Positions 8,524 to 18,597 of a stretch of DNA of 64,000 bases are shown one piece after another. The stretch's first letter is position 1, and each line of letters opens with the position of its first letter. The position numbers and the translations under genes were made by a program. The DNA comes from Candidatus Fervidifonticultor sextus (GTDB taxonomy: Bacteria; Sysuimicrobiota; Sysuimicrobiia; Sysuimicrobiales; Humicultoraceae), in NCBI GenBank assembly GCA_031459875.1, contig JAVKHQ010000003.1:73144-137143 (forward strand). Direction: 5' to 3'. The notes under the pieces were generated by a model that was not told the origin of the DNA, did no database searches, and saw only the letters and a program-made list of their open reading frames with translations.

Positions 8524-9684
8524 GCGGTGCAGGTTCTGTCCGTCGAGGAACAGCGGTTGATCCACCGGACCATCCGGGAGTTCGCCCGCGAGACGTTGCG
8601 GTCCCAGGCGGCCGCCTGGGACCGCGAGAACCGGTTCCCCACCGAACTGATTCCGCGCCTGGCCGACCTGGGATTGTTCGGCATGACCATCCCCGCAGAC
8701 TACGGCGGCTCGGGCCTGCCGGCCACCGCAGTGGCCACGGCCATCGAGGCGCTGGCCTGGGGCGACGGCGGGATCGCGCTGTCGGTGGCCGCGCACAACT
8801 CCCTGTGCGCCGGGCACCTCGTGGCCTTCGCGAACGAGACGCAGCGCCGGCGGTTCCTGCCCCGCCTGGCCACCGGCGAAGCGCTGGGGTCGTGGTGTCT
8901 GACCGAGCCCGGCGCGGGCAGCGACGCGGCGGGGATCCAGACCCGCGCCGAGCGCCGCGGCGACCAGTGGGTGCTGAACGGGACCAAGGTGTTCGTGACC
9001 AACGGTAGCCTGGCCGGGATCTACGTGGTCATGGCCGTCACGACGCCGGGGGCCGGCCGCAGCGGAATCACCGCCTTCGTGGTCGAGCGGGGCACGCCCG
9101 GACTGGAGATCGGCAAGAAAGAAGACAAACTCGGCGTGCGCAGCAGCGACACGGCCGAGGTGCGGTTCGCCGACTGCGCCGTCCCCGACGAGTGCCGGAT
9201 CGGCGAGGTCGGCAGCGGCTACCAGCAGGCCATGCGCGTGTTGGAGCGCGGCCGCATCGGGATCGCCGCCATGGCCGTCGGCATCGGCCGCGCGGCGCTG
9301 GATGCGAGCCTGGAGTACGCGCAGCAGCGGCAGGCCTACGGCCGACCCATCGCGGACCTGCAGGCCATTCAGTTCATGCTGGCCGACATGGCCACCGAAC
9401 TGGACGCCGCCTGGCTGCTGACCGAGCACGCCGCGGCCCTGGCCGACCGGGGCGAGCCCTTCCGGCGCGAATCCTCCATGGCCAAACTCTACGCCGCCGA
9501 GGCCGCGGCCCGGGCGGCGGCCCGGGCGGTCCAGATCCACGGCGGGTACGGATTCATCAAGGACTACCCCGTGGAGCGGTACTACCGCGACATCAAGCTC
9601 TGCGAGATCGGCGAGGGGACCAGCGAGGTGCAGCGGGCGATCATCTCGCGGGCGGTCCTGGAGAGCCTGGGAGGAGCGCGCTAG
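8524..9684 (+). CDS. Acyl-CoA dehydrogenase
   Basis: ACAD fold motifs (EPGAGSD, YAQQRQAYGRPIADLQAIQ, C-terminal IYEGTSE-like GEGTSEVQ). GTG start with GAGGAG eight nt upstream. Confidence 0.85.
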   Translation, partial: AVQVLSVEEQRLIHRTIREFARETLRSQAAAWDRENRFPTELIPRLADLGLFGMTIPADYGGSGLPATAVATAIEALAWGDGGIALSVAAHNSLCAGHLVAFANETQRRRFLPRLATGEALGSWCLTEPGAGSDAAGIQTRAERRGDQWVLNGTKVFVTNGSLAGIYVVMAVTTPGAGRSGITAFVVERGTPGLEIGKKEDKLGVRSSDTAEVRFADCAVPDECRIGEVGSGYQQAMRVLERGRIGIAAMAVGIGRAALDASLEYAQQRQAYGRPIADLQAIQFMLADMATELDAAWLLTEHAAALADRGEPFRRESSMAKLYAAEAAARAAARAVQIHGGYGFIKDYPVERYYRDIKLCEIGEGTSEVQRAIISRAVLESLGGAR

Positions 9685-11540
9685 TGCCGTCGGTGGCGCA
9701 TCCCTTCCTGGCCCGACTCGCCGAGGGCCCGCTGGTGGCCGCCGGCGCCATGGGGACGATGCTCTATGCCCGCGGGGTGCCCTTCGATCAGTGCTTCGAC
9801 GCTGTCAACCTCAACAGGCCGCATCTCGTCAGCGAGATCCACGACGCCTACCTGGCAGCCGGCGCGGAACTGCTGGAGACCAACACCTTCGGGGCCAACC
9901 GGCTGAAACTGGCCGGCCACGGGCTGGCCGACCAGGTCGAGGCCATCAACGCCGCCGGCGTCCGCCTGGCGCGCCAGGCCGCCGCCGCGGCGGGCCGGCG
10001 GATCTGGATCGCCGGTTCCATCGGGCCGCTGGGCCGGCCGATGGCCCCGCTGGGGACGACCGGGGAGGCCGAGGCCGACGCCGTCTTCGCCGAGCAGGCC
10101 CGCGCGCTGGCGGCGGCCGGCGCCGATGTGCTGATCCTGGAGACGTTCGTCGACCTTACCGAACTGGCCGTGGCATTCCAGGCGTCGCGGCGGGTGACCG
10201 ATCTGCCGATCATCGCCCAGATGTCCTTCGCCCCTGACGGCCGCACGCTGGTGGGCCACACGCCGGAGGAGATCGTCGCCCGGCTGGAGGGGCTGGGCGC
10301 CTCGGTCATTGGCGCCAACTGCAGCGTCGGTCCCCACGGGATCGTCGAGGTGCTGGAGCGGATGGCGGCGGTCAGCCACACCCCGCTGTCGGCCATGCCG
10401 AACGCCGGCCAGCCGACGTACGTCGGCGGCCGCATCGCCTACGTGGCCTCTCCTGCCTACACGGCCGAGCACGCCGTCATGCTCGCGGACCTGGGGGTGT
10501 CCCTGATCGGCGGGTGCTGCGGGACGACCCCTGACCACATTGCCGCCATCAGGCAGGCGCTGGCCGGCTACCGCAGGACCGCTCCCCGGCCGAAGGCCCC
10601 GCTCGTCGTCTCGCGCCCGCCCCTGCCGGCTCCGGCGCCGGAGCCGCCGAGCTCGCTGGCGCAGAAACTGGGCCGGCGGTTCGTGCTCACCGTGGAGGTC
10701 TCCCCGCCGCGGGGCGCCCAGGATGCCGACGAACTGGAGCACTGCCGCCGCCTGCGCGCCGCCGGGGTGGACGCCATCAACGTGACCGACAACCCGCTGG
10801 CGCGTCTGCGGATGAGCCCGTGGGCCACCGCCGTGCGCATCCAGCGAGAGGTCGGCCTGGAGACCATCCTGCACTTCACCACGCGGGATCGGAACCTGAT
10901 CCGGTTGCAGTCCGACCTGCTGGCCGTGCACGCGCTGGGCATCCGCAACGTGCTGGTCCTGCGTGGGGATCCGCCGCAGGCCGGCGACTACCCGCAGGCC
11001 ACCGCGGTGGCCGACATCCATCCGTCCGGTGTGGTGAGGATGATCAATGAGTTCAACCAGGGCCGTGATCTGGCCGGCAACTCCATCGGTGGTCCCACGC
11101 GATTCCTGGCCGGCGTCGCCCTCAACATGGCCGCGCGCCCCCTGGAGCGGGAGGTGCGGGGCCTGGAGCGCAAGCTGGCTGCGGGGGCCGACTTCATCTG
11201 CACGATGCCGATCTTCGATCCCGAGACGCTCGACCGGTTCGTGGAACGGTTCGGCCGGTTGCCGGTCCCCGTCCTGGTCGGCATCCTGCCTCTGCACAGC
11301 GCCCGGCACGCGGAGTTCCTGCACAACGAACTGCCCGGGATGGTGGTGCCCGACCACGTCCGGGCGCGGATGCGGGACGCCAGGGACGGCCGCGAGGAGG
11401 GCCTGCGGCTGGCCCGTGACCTGCTGCTGGCGATCCGCCACCAGGCCGGCGGCGCCTATCTCATTCCCGCGTTCGGCCGCTACGAACGCATCATCGACCT
11501 GGTGCGCGAGGTCCGGCCGGTGCTCCCGGCGCGCCAGTGA
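9684..11540 (+). CDS. Bifunctional homocysteine S-methyltransferase / 5,10-methylenetetrahydrofolate reductase
   Basis: N-terminal Hcy-binding (pterin-independent methyltransferase) domain with GCCGTTP, and a C-terminal MetF-like TIM barrel. GTG start overlaps the ACAD stop (TAGTG), with GGGAGGAG upstream. Confidence 0.85.
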   Translation: MPSVAHPFLARLAEGPLVAAGAMGTMLYARGVPFDQCFDAVNLNRPHLVSEIHDAYLAAGAELLETNTFGANRLKLAGHGLADQVEAINAAGVRLARQAAAAAGRRIWIAGSIGPLGRPMAPLGTTGEAEADAVFAEQARALAAAGADVLILETFVDLTELAVAFQASRRVTDLPIIAQMSFAPDGRTLVGHTPEEIVARLEGLGASVIGANCSVGPHGIVEVLERMAAVSHTPLSAMPNAGQPTYVGGRIAYVASPAYTAEHAVMLADLGVSLIGGCCGTTPDHIAAIRQALAGYRRTAPRPKAPLVVSRPPLPAPAPEPPSSLAQKLGRRFVLTVEVSPPRGAQDADELEHCRRLRAAGVDAINVTDNPLARLRMSPWATAVRIQREVGLETILHFTTRDRNLIRLQSDLLAVHALGIRNVLVLRGDPPQAGDYPQATAVADIHPSGVVRMINEFNQGRDLAGNSIGGPTRFLAGVALNMAARPLEREVRGLERKLAAGADFICTMPIFDPETLDRFVERFGRLPVPVLVGILPLHSARHAEFLHNELPGMVVPDHVRARMRDARDGREEGLRLARDLLLAIRHQAGGAYLIPAFGRYERIIDLVREVRPVLPARQ

Positions 11541-12271
11541 ACGGCGGCCGCCGGGAGGTCCGGGTCGAGGGACACCGCCTCATCCGCGCGCCCCTGCAGC
11601 GGGTCTGGCAGTTGCTCAGCCGCCTGGAATCTTATCCCCGGTACGCCAGCCTCTGGCTGACGGCGGACCTGCTGGAGCGATCACAGAGGTCGGCGCTGGT
11701 CGAGTTCCGGGGATTCTTCGGCGGACTGCCGGTCACCTCAGTCCAGCGGGTGGTGATGCGGCCGCCCGGCCGGATCGAGTTCCGGCAGGTGCGGGGGACC
11801 CTGCGGGCCCTCTCCGGCGTCTACGCGCTGAAGGACGTCGAAGGCGAGACCGATCTGACGGTCCGGATGGCCGCAGACGCCGGCATCGTCTTCTTCTCTG
11901 AGGAGTCGGTCCAGCAGATCCTGGTGGCGCACATCGACCGCATGCTGACGAGGATCAAGGCCTCGGCCGAGCGCGACCTCGCACGCGCGATCGTGCGGAG
12001 GAGCCCGGCATCCGGCGAGGGGGGGACTGCGGCGGCTGCGCTCTCTGCGAGGGGTGATGCGGCCCTCCCGGCAGAGGAGGAGGAAGAGGCAGGACCCGGC
12101 CAGGAAGGGGAACCGCCCCCGCCCGCCGGGCCTCCGCCGGTGATGGCCGGCCAACCACCGCAATCGACCGCACTGCCGGCCACCGCGCCCGGCGAGCGGC
12201 GCCGACGACGCCGCTGGCGCCGCCGCCGCGGTCACCTCCGGGCGGGCGGAGACGAGCCGCAGGGTTCCTGA
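11537..12271 (+). CDS. SRPBCC (polyketide cyclase/dehydrase-like) domain protein with low-complexity Glu/Pro/Arg-rich tail
   Basis: About 150 aa of SRPBCC-like N-terminal domain, then a poly-E, poly-P and RRRRRRWRRRR tail. GTG start overlaps the upstream stop. Confidence 0.5.
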   Translation: MNGGRREVRVEGHRLIRAPLQRVWQLLSRLESYPRYASLWLTADLLERSQRSALVEFRGFFGGLPVTSVQRVVMRPPGRIEFRQVRGTLRALSGVYALKDVEGETDLTVRMAADAGIVFFSEESVQQILVAHIDRMLTRIKASAERDLARAIVRRSPASGEGGTAAAALSARGDAALPAEEEEEAGPGQEGEPPPPAGPPPVMAGQPPQSTALPATAPGERRRRRRWRRRRGHLRAGGDEPQGS

Positions 12272-12383
12272 CCGGCCACCTGGACTGTCCTGCGGGCCCC
12301 GCACGCCGCCGCACGGGGTCCCGTAGTCGGTCCCCGCGGGCGAATGCTACACTGGCAGTACGCGCTACCTGTGGAGGTCGAGC

Positions 12384-13496
12384 ATGTCCCGACGCCAGAA
12401 TGGGCCCACACGAGAGCAGGTGCTGGCAGCGCTGCGCGACGTCTACGATCCCGAACTCCACAAGAGCATCGTCGAACTGGACATGGTCCAGCGCATCGGC
12501 ATCCAGGACGGACGGGTCACGGTGGACGCGCTGCTCACCATCAGCGGGTGCCCGCTGCGGGACACCATCGTAGCCTCCATCGCCGAGAAGGTGAAGGCGC
12601 TGCCCGGCGTGACCGACGTGGAGGTCCGCCTGGGGGTCATGAGCGGTGAGCAGCGACAGGCCCTGGTCCAGCGCCTGCGGGGCGGTGAGATCCACCCCCA
12701 GCGGAAGTCCCCGTTCCTGACGCCCGGCTCGCCGACGCGGGTCATCGCGGTGGCCAGCGGCAAGGGCGGGGTCGGCAAGTCTACGGTGACCGCCAACCTG
12801 GCCGTGGCGATGGCGATGGCCGGCCACCGGGTCGGCGTCCTCGATGCGGACGTCTACGGCTTCTCGATCCCCCGCATGCTGGGCATCACCGGTCGTCCGA
12901 CTGCCATCGACCAGATGCTGATTCCTCTAGAGCGCGACGGGATCCGCGTCATGTCCATCGGGTTCCTGCTGCCCGACGAAGGAGAGGCCGTGGTCTGGCG
13001 CGGTCCGATGCTGCACAAGACCCTGGTGACCTTCATCCAGGAAGTCCACTGGGGCGACGACCTGGAGTACCTGCTGATCGACCTGCCGCCCGGCACCGGC
13101 GACGTGTCGCTGTCCATCGCCCAGACCCTGCCGGAGGCCACCATGCTGATCGTGACGACCCCGCAGCCCGCGGCCGCCAGTGTCGCCCAGCGCGCGGCCA
13201 GGATGGCCGAGAAGGTCAACATGGAGGTCGTGGGCGTCGTCGAGAACATGTCGGGCTTCACGCCCACCCCCGGGGGGCCCACCATCGACGTCTTCGGACG
13301 CGGCGGCGGGCTGCGGCTGGCCGAAGTCCTCGGCGTGCCACTGCTGGGGGAGGTCCCGCTGGACGTCCTCGTGCGGGAGGGCTGCGACGCTGGCGAACCG
13401 GTGGTGCGGGCACATCCCGACTCGCCGGCCGCCCGGGCGCTGCGCGAGGTGGCGCACAAGCTGGTGCGCCTGCTGCCGGTGGGCTCCCACACCTAG
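12384..13496 (+). CDS. apbC: Fe-S cluster carrier ATPase Mrp/ApbC with N-terminal DUF59 (MIP18) domain
   Basis: Deviant Walker A SGKGGVGKST, CxxC near the C-terminus, and an N-terminal DUF59. GGAGG RBS. Confidence 0.9.
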   Translation: MSRRQNGPTREQVLAALRDVYDPELHKSIVELDMVQRIGIQDGRVTVDALLTISGCPLRDTIVASIAEKVKALPGVTDVEVRLGVMSGEQRQALVQRLRGGEIHPQRKSPFLTPGSPTRVIAVASGKGGVGKSTVTANLAVAMAMAGHRVGVLDADVYGFSIPRMLGITGRPTAIDQMLIPLERDGIRVMSIGFLLPDEGEAVVWRGPMLHKTLVTFIQEVHWGDDLEYLLIDLPPGTGDVSLSIAQTLPEATMLIVTTPQPAAASVAQRAARMAEKVNMEVVGVVENMSGFTPTPGGPTIDVFGRGGGLRLAEVLGVPLLGEVPLDVLVREGCDAGEPVVRAHPDSPAARALREVAHKLVRLLPVGSHT

Positions 13497-13525
13497 CCGG
13501 GCACGGCGGAAGGAGCGGACATCAC

Positions 13526-15016
13526 GTGGCAGAGCAGACGCAGGTTCGGGCCCGCAACTACATCGCCGGTCGGTGGGTGGAGGCCAGAGACGGGCGCACG
13601 ATGCCGTCGGTGAATCCGGCCACCGGGGCGGTGCTGGGCGAGGTGCCGGATTCCCAAGCCGCCGATGTGGACGCAGCGGTGCGCGCGGCCGCCGAGGCAT
13701 GGCCGCGCTGGCGGGCCACCCCCGCGCCGCGGCGGGCCGAGATCCTCTTCCGCGTCGCCGAACGGCTCGTGCAGCGCAAGGAAGACCTGGCCCGTCTGAT
13801 GACCCAGGAGATGGGCAAGATCCTGATCGAGACGCGCGGCGACGTGCAGGAAGCCATCGACATGACCTACTTCATCGCGGGCGAGGGCCGGCGGCTGCAC
13901 GGCTACACCACAGCCAGCGAGATGCCGCGCAAAGCGGCCTACTGCGTGCGCCAGCCGCTGGGGGTGGTCGGGGTCATCACGCCCTGGAACTTTCCGGTGG
14001 CCATCCCCTCCTGGAAGATCGTCCCGGCGCTGGTGTGCGGGAACACCGTGGTCTTCAAGCCGGCGTCGTACACGCCGCTGGTCGCCGCGGCCTTCGTCCA
14101 GGTGTTCGAGGAGGCGGGGCTGCCGCCCGGGGTCCTGAACCTGGTGACCGGTCGCCAGGCCGGGGCCGCCCTGGCAGACCACCCGGAGGTGGCGTTGATC
14201 TCGTTTACGGGGTCCACGGAGGTCGGCCTGCAGCTCGCCGCGCGCTGCGCCGCGCGCGGCGTTCGGGTGTCGCTGGAGATGGGCGGCAAGAACGCCGCCA
14301 TCGTCCTCGACGATGCCGACCTGGACCTGGTCACCGACGCGCTCACCTGGAGCGCGTTTGGCACCACGGGTCAGCGGTGCACCGCGTGCAGCCGGATCGT
14401 GACGACCCCGCGGGTGCACGGCGAGGTGGTCGAGCGGCTGGCCGAGCGCGCCGCCCGCCTGCGCGTGGGGAACGGCCTGGACCCGGCCACGGAGATGGGC
14501 CCGCTGGTCAGCGAGACCCAGCGGGCGACCGTGGAGCACTACGTGGGGATCGGCCGGCAGGAGGGCGTGCGGGTCGTGATCGGCGGAGAGCGGCTCCGTC
14601 CTGCGGGCCTGGAGGGCGGCTACTTCTTCGCCCCCACCATCTTCGACGGGGTCCGGCCGCAGATGCGGGTGGCCCAGGAGGAGATCTTCGGGCCGGTGGT
14701 CGGCATCCTCGAGGCCGAGGCGCTGGACGAGGCCATCGAGGTGGTCAACGGGGTCCGCTACGGCCTCTCCGCGTCCATCTTCACCCGGAACGTGAATGCC
14801 GCCATGCGGGCGGTGGAGGAGATCCGCACCGGCATCGTCTACGTGAACCACGGGACCATCGGTGCCGAGGTGCACCTGCCGTTTGGCGGCACCCGCCAGA
14901 CCGGCAACGGCCACCGGGAAGGCGGGCTGCAGGTGCTGGACGTCTTCACCGAGTGGAAGAGCGTCTACATCGACTACAGCGGGAGGCTGCAGCGTGCGCA
15001 GATCGACCGTGACTGA
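13526..15016 (+). CDS. NAD(P)+ aldehyde dehydrogenase
   Basis: ALDH motifs: FTGSTEVG, catalytic Cys in GQRCTA, and ELGGKNA-like EMGGKNA. GTG start with GGAAGGAG upstream. Confidence 0.9.
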   Translation: MAEQTQVRARNYIAGRWVEARDGRTMPSVNPATGAVLGEVPDSQAADVDAAVRAAAEAWPRWRATPAPRRAEILFRVAERLVQRKEDLARLMTQEMGKILIETRGDVQEAIDMTYFIAGEGRRLHGYTTASEMPRKAAYCVRQPLGVVGVITPWNFPVAIPSWKIVPALVCGNTVVFKPASYTPLVAAAFVQVFEEAGLPPGVLNLVTGRQAGAALADHPEVALISFTGSTEVGLQLAARCAARGVRVSLEMGGKNAAIVLDDADLDLVTDALTWSAFGTTGQRCTACSRIVTTPRVHGEVVERLAERAARLRVGNGLDPATEMGPLVSETQRATVEHYVGIGRQEGVRVVIGGERLRPAGLEGGYFFAPTIFDGVRPQMRVAQEEIFGPVVGILEAEALDEAIEVVNGVRYGLSASIFTRNVNAAMRAVEEIRTGIVYVNHGTIGAEVHLPFGGTRQTGNGHREGGLQVLDVFTEWKSVYIDYSGRLQRAQIDRD

Positions 15017-15677
15017 TCCGCGCCGATGGCTTCGCCGTGCCGCGGCCGTCGGGGTCGCCGGCCTGCTGGCGCTGGCCATCTCCGCGCCGGGCGCGCACGC
15101 CCAGGGCACCGCCGCCGAATGGCCAGCCCTGATCCGCCGTTACGAGGAGCAGGTGGCCCGCACGCCGTCGGACCCCACGACGCGCTTCACCCTGGCGATG
15201 CTCTACGCCCGCGAGGGCCGTCTGCTGGACGGCTACAAGCAGCTCCAGGAGGCCGACAGGGCGGCCGGTCCGGCCCGCCGCCTGCCGCTGGCGCGTCAGA
15301 TCGCCCGCGAGGCTGAAGACCTGCTGCGCCGCAACCCCCACGACCTGCTGGCCCGGTACCGCCTCGCCTTCGCGCGTCACTTCCTCGGAGACCACGCCGG
15401 GTCTGCGGCGGAACTGGAGCGGGTCGTGGCCGCCGAGCCGCGCAACGACTGGGGCTACGGGTACCTGGGGCAGGCCTATGCCACCCTCGGCCAGCTCGAC
15501 CGCGCCATCGCGACCTGGGAGCGGGGCCTGGTGGTCAACCCCAACAATGCCGTGCTCCACTACGTGTTGGGTCTGGCCTACTCGAAGAAAGACGACAAAA
15601 AGAAAGCCGCCGCCCACCTGGCGGCGGCCTACCGGGACCGCACACTGTACGACTACGTGACCGGGAACCGCCGGTGA
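15009..15677 (+). CDS. Secreted TPR-repeat protein
   Basis: N-terminal signal-like segment (RRWLRRAAAVGVAGLLALAISAPGAHA) then TPR-like repeats. GTG start overlaps the aldehyde dehydrogenase stop. The start is uncertain. Confidence 0.55.
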   Translation: MTDPRRWLRRAAAVGVAGLLALAISAPGAHAQGTAAEWPALIRRYEEQVARTPSDPTTRFTLAMLYAREGRLLDGYKQLQEADRAAGPARRLPLARQIAREAEDLLRRNPHDLLARYRLAFARHFLGDHAGSAAELERVVAAEPRNDWGYGYLGQAYATLGQLDRAIATWERGLVVNPNNAVLHYVLGLAYSKKDDKKKAAAHLAAAYRDRTLYDYVTGNRR

Positions 15678-16519
15678 TCCGGATGCGCAGGTGTCTTTCG
15701 GCCGTGGTGGTCGGCAGCGCCCTGGCCTGTCTGCCGGTTCCCCCGGCGCTGGCTCAGGCCGTCTCGCCTGCGCCGGCTGCCACGCCGGGCGGCCGCCCTC
15801 CCCTGCATATCAGCGCCGACGAGATGCACATCGACGCCGCAACCCGGGTGGCGGTGGCGGTGGGTCGGGTCCGCATCAGCGACGGGACCACGACGGCCAC
15901 CGCGGCGCGCGCGACGCTCTACCACCGCGAGGGCCGCGGGGTGCTCGCCGGTCAGGCGCGGGTGCGGGGCCCGCAGGGGCTCCTGGAGGGCGATGAGATT
16001 ACCGTCTGGTATACGGCCCGGGCGATCACCCGCATCGTGGCCAGGGGCGCGGCCAGCCTCGAGGCCGAGGCCTCGCTGGTCACGGCGCGGGTGGTGACGA
16101 TCGCCCCGTCGGCCGACACGGTGACCGCGGAGCGGGAGGTCACCCTGTTCGTGCCGCCCGACGTCGTGGCCACCGGCGCGCGCCTCGTCTACCAGCGGGC
16201 GCGGGGCACAGCCGTCCTGGAGGGCCGCGGCCGCGTGGCGAACCCCGACGGCTTCATCGAAGCCGACCGCATCGAGGGCACGCGCAGGATGGCCTCGGCG
16301 GTCGCCACCGGGGACGTCTGGAGCGTCTTCCGGGACATCGAGGTCCGCAGCCGCACCGCGGAGCTCGTCGCGGCAGAGCAGAAAGCGGTCTTCGTCGGCG
16401 ATGTGCGCGTGGCCCAGCCGGGGCGTCGGATGACCAGCGAACGGGTCACGCTCTGGTACGGAGTCGGCCGGGTCGTGGCGGAAGGCCAAACGTGGATGCG
16501 ACTCGAACCTCAACCGTGA
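15674..16519 (+). CDS. LptA/LptC (OstA-like N-terminal fold) family periplasmic protein
   Basis: Signal peptide, then two OstA-like beta-jellyroll repeats (ISADEMHIDA..., FIEADRIEG...). Confidence 0.55.
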   Translation: MIRMRRCLSAVVVGSALACLPVPPALAQAVSPAPAATPGGRPPLHISADEMHIDAATRVAVAVGRVRISDGTTTATAARATLYHREGRGVLAGQARVRGPQGLLEGDEITVWYTARAITRIVARGAASLEAEASLVTARVVTIAPSADTVTAEREVTLFVPPDVVATGARLVYQRARGTAVLEGRGRVANPDGFIEADRIEGTRRMASAVATGDVWSVFRDIEVRSRTAELVAAEQKAVFVGDVRVAQPGRRMTSERVTLWYGVGRVVAEGQTWMRLEPQP

Positions 16520-16565
16520 GGGCTGGCTGCGCAGGGAGTCCGCAGCACGCGAAGGAGGGTCGGTC

Positions 16566-17474
16566 ATGGTCATCGAGCGGGTGAAGCGTCCCAGCCTGGA
16601 GGCGATGCCGCTCGCGCAGGGCAAGCGCGCGCGGCTCTACCGGCTCCTCTATGAACACGGACCCGGGCACGGGACCATGCTGGTGCTGCCGGTGGACCAG
16701 GGGCTGGAACACGGGCCGGTGGACTTCCTCCCCAACCCGCCCAGCGAGAACCCGGAGTTCCAGATCCGGCTGGCCATCGACGGCGGGTACTCTGCGATCG
16801 CCTTTCACTATGGCATTGCCGCCCGCTACCTGCCGCCGGTCGCGGGCAAGATTCCCTTGATTCTGAAGATCAACGGGAAGACCGATATCCCCCCGGCCGA
16901 CCGGGCGTTCTCGGGGCTCACCGGGCGCGTGGAGGACGCCGTGCGGCTGGGCGCCGACGCCGTGGGGTACACGCTGTACGTGGGATCGCCGCGCCAGGAC
17001 GAGGACTTCCGTCAGCTCACGGAGGTACGGGCCGACTGCGACCGCTACGGTATGCCGCTCGTGGTCTGGTCGTACCCTCGCGGAGAGGCGATCGAGAAGA
17101 AGGGCGGCCGCGACAGCCTCTACGCGGTGGACTACGCCGCACGGGTGGCGGCCGAACTGGGCGCCGACGTCATCAAGCTCAACGTTCCCGTCTTCGATGA
17201 GAAGGCCAAGGCCTCGCCCAGGCCCTATGGCGAGATGCAGCTGGAGTACCGCGCGGCCGTCGAGAAGGTGGTGCGCAGCGCCGGGCAGGCGTTCGTCCTC
17301 TTCTCCGGCGGGAGCAAGATCGGCGACGAGGACCTGCTGGACAAGGCCCGGCTGGTGATGGAGGCCGGGGCGACGGGCCTGATCTTCGGCCGGAACATGT
17401 GGCAGCGGCCGATGCCCGATGCGCTGCGCCTGACTGCCGAGATCAAGCGCATCATGCTGGCCGCGGTGGCGTAG
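16566..17474 (+). CDS. Class I fructose-bisphosphate aldolase, DhnA/FbaB family (a family that also contains archaeal ADH synthase)
   Basis: DeoC/FbaB-type TIM barrel with the conserved Lys in ADVIKLN, and GGS...IFGRN near the C-terminus. Confidence 0.8.
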   Translation: MVIERVKRPSLEAMPLAQGKRARLYRLLYEHGPGHGTMLVLPVDQGLEHGPVDFLPNPPSENPEFQIRLAIDGGYSAIAFHYGIAARYLPPVAGKIPLILKINGKTDIPPADRAFSGLTGRVEDAVRLGADAVGYTLYVGSPRQDEDFRQLTEVRADCDRYGMPLVVWSYPRGEAIEKKGGRDSLYAVDYAARVAAELGADVIKLNVPVFDEKAKASPRPYGEMQLEYRAAVEKVVRSAGQAFVLFSGGSKIGDEDLLDKARLVMEAGATGLIFGRNMWQRPMPDALRLTAEIKRIMLAAVA

Positions 17475-17479
17475 CCCGG

Positions 17480-18583
17480 TTGCCGATCCCCCTCGCGCCC
17501 CTGCAGGCGCTCGTCAGCAATCCGTTGCCGGAGGAGGTGCCCGGCGCGCTCGTCGCGCTCATCGGCGACCACCCGTCGGCGTACTCGCGCAGCCCGCGGA
17601 TCTGGACGCCGGTCTTCCGGCACCTGGGGATCGACGCCGCCTACCTGCCGCTGGACGTCCCGCCCGGCCGGCTGGAGGCGGTCTTGGCGATCCTGCGCGA
17701 GACCGACGCCTGCCTGGGCGCCAACGTCACCATGCCCTACAAGGAGGCGGTGGTGCCGCTGCTGGACGATCTCGACGCCGTCACCTCGGCCGTGGGCGCG
17801 GTCAACACTATCGTGCGGTCTGCGCGCGGCAGGCTGGCCGGCACCAACACGGACGGGGTCGGGCTGGTGGCCGCCCTCCTGCACCCGGGGACCGATGGGC
17901 CCCTGGTGGAGACCCTGTACGGGCACACCGTGCTCCTCATCGGCGGTGGCGGCGCCGCGCGGGCCGCGGCGGTGGCTCTGGTGCCGCTGGTGGGGACGGG
18001 GGAACTGCTGGTCACCAATCGGACGGCCGCGCGGGCCGAGGACGTGGCGGCCAGGGCGCGTGCTGCTGGCGGCCGCGCCCGGGCGATCCCGGAGGACGAC
18101 CTCGATGAGGTCCTGCCCGCCGTGGACCTCGTCATCAACGCCTCGCTGCGCGGGCAGGCCGGCATCCGGCAGACGCCCCAGGGGTGGACCTGCCTGGAGC
18201 CGTACTCGGCGCTGGCGCCGGCCGACCCTCCGGTGCTACCCCGGATGCCGGAGGAGGCCTTCATGGCCGCCTGGCGCGCCCGGGCCCGGGCCGGCGTCGA
18301 AGCCAACCACGCGCGTTCGCAGGAGCGCGTCCACCGGCTGCCGCGGGGCGCGGCGGTCTTCGACATGATCTATGCGCCGGCCGAGACCCCGCTGGTCCGG
18401 CACGCGCGCGACGCCGGACTGCGGGCGGCCAACGGGCGGTGGATGAACATCGCCCAGGCCGTCGAAGCCTGCGTGGCGCACGTGTGCGCCCGCCGGATTG
18501 CTGAGATAGGGATCGACCGCGAGGCAGCGCGGGCGGAGGTCACCCGGCTGATGGCCGAGGCCTGGGACGGCCAGTCCCCTTAG
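17480..18583 (+). CDS. Shikimate/quinate dehydrogenase family protein (AroE-like) with internal insertion
   Basis: GANVTMPYKE, NTDGVG, GGGGAARA NADP motif, and C-terminal VFDMIYAPAETPL. Start uncertain: TTG at 17480, or GTG at 17537 after GGAGGAG. About 75 extra residues sit between the NAD domain and the C-terminal helix. Confidence 0.65.
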   Translation: MPIPLAPLQALVSNPLPEEVPGALVALIGDHPSAYSRSPRIWTPVFRHLGIDAAYLPLDVPPGRLEAVLAILRETDACLGANVTMPYKEAVVPLLDDLDAVTSAVGAVNTIVRSARGRLAGTNTDGVGLVAALLHPGTDGPLVETLYGHTVLLIGGGGAARAAAVALVPLVGTGELLVTNRTAARAEDVAARARAAGGRARAIPEDDLDEVLPAVDLVINASLRGQAGIRQTPQGWTCLEPYSALAPADPPVLPRMPEEAFMAAWRARARAGVEANHARSQERVHRLPRGAAVFDMIYAPAETPLVRHARDAGLRAANGRWMNIAQAVEACVAHVCARRIAEIGIDREAARAEVTRLMAEAWDGQSP

Positions 18584-18597
18584 AGGGCGAGGGAGCC

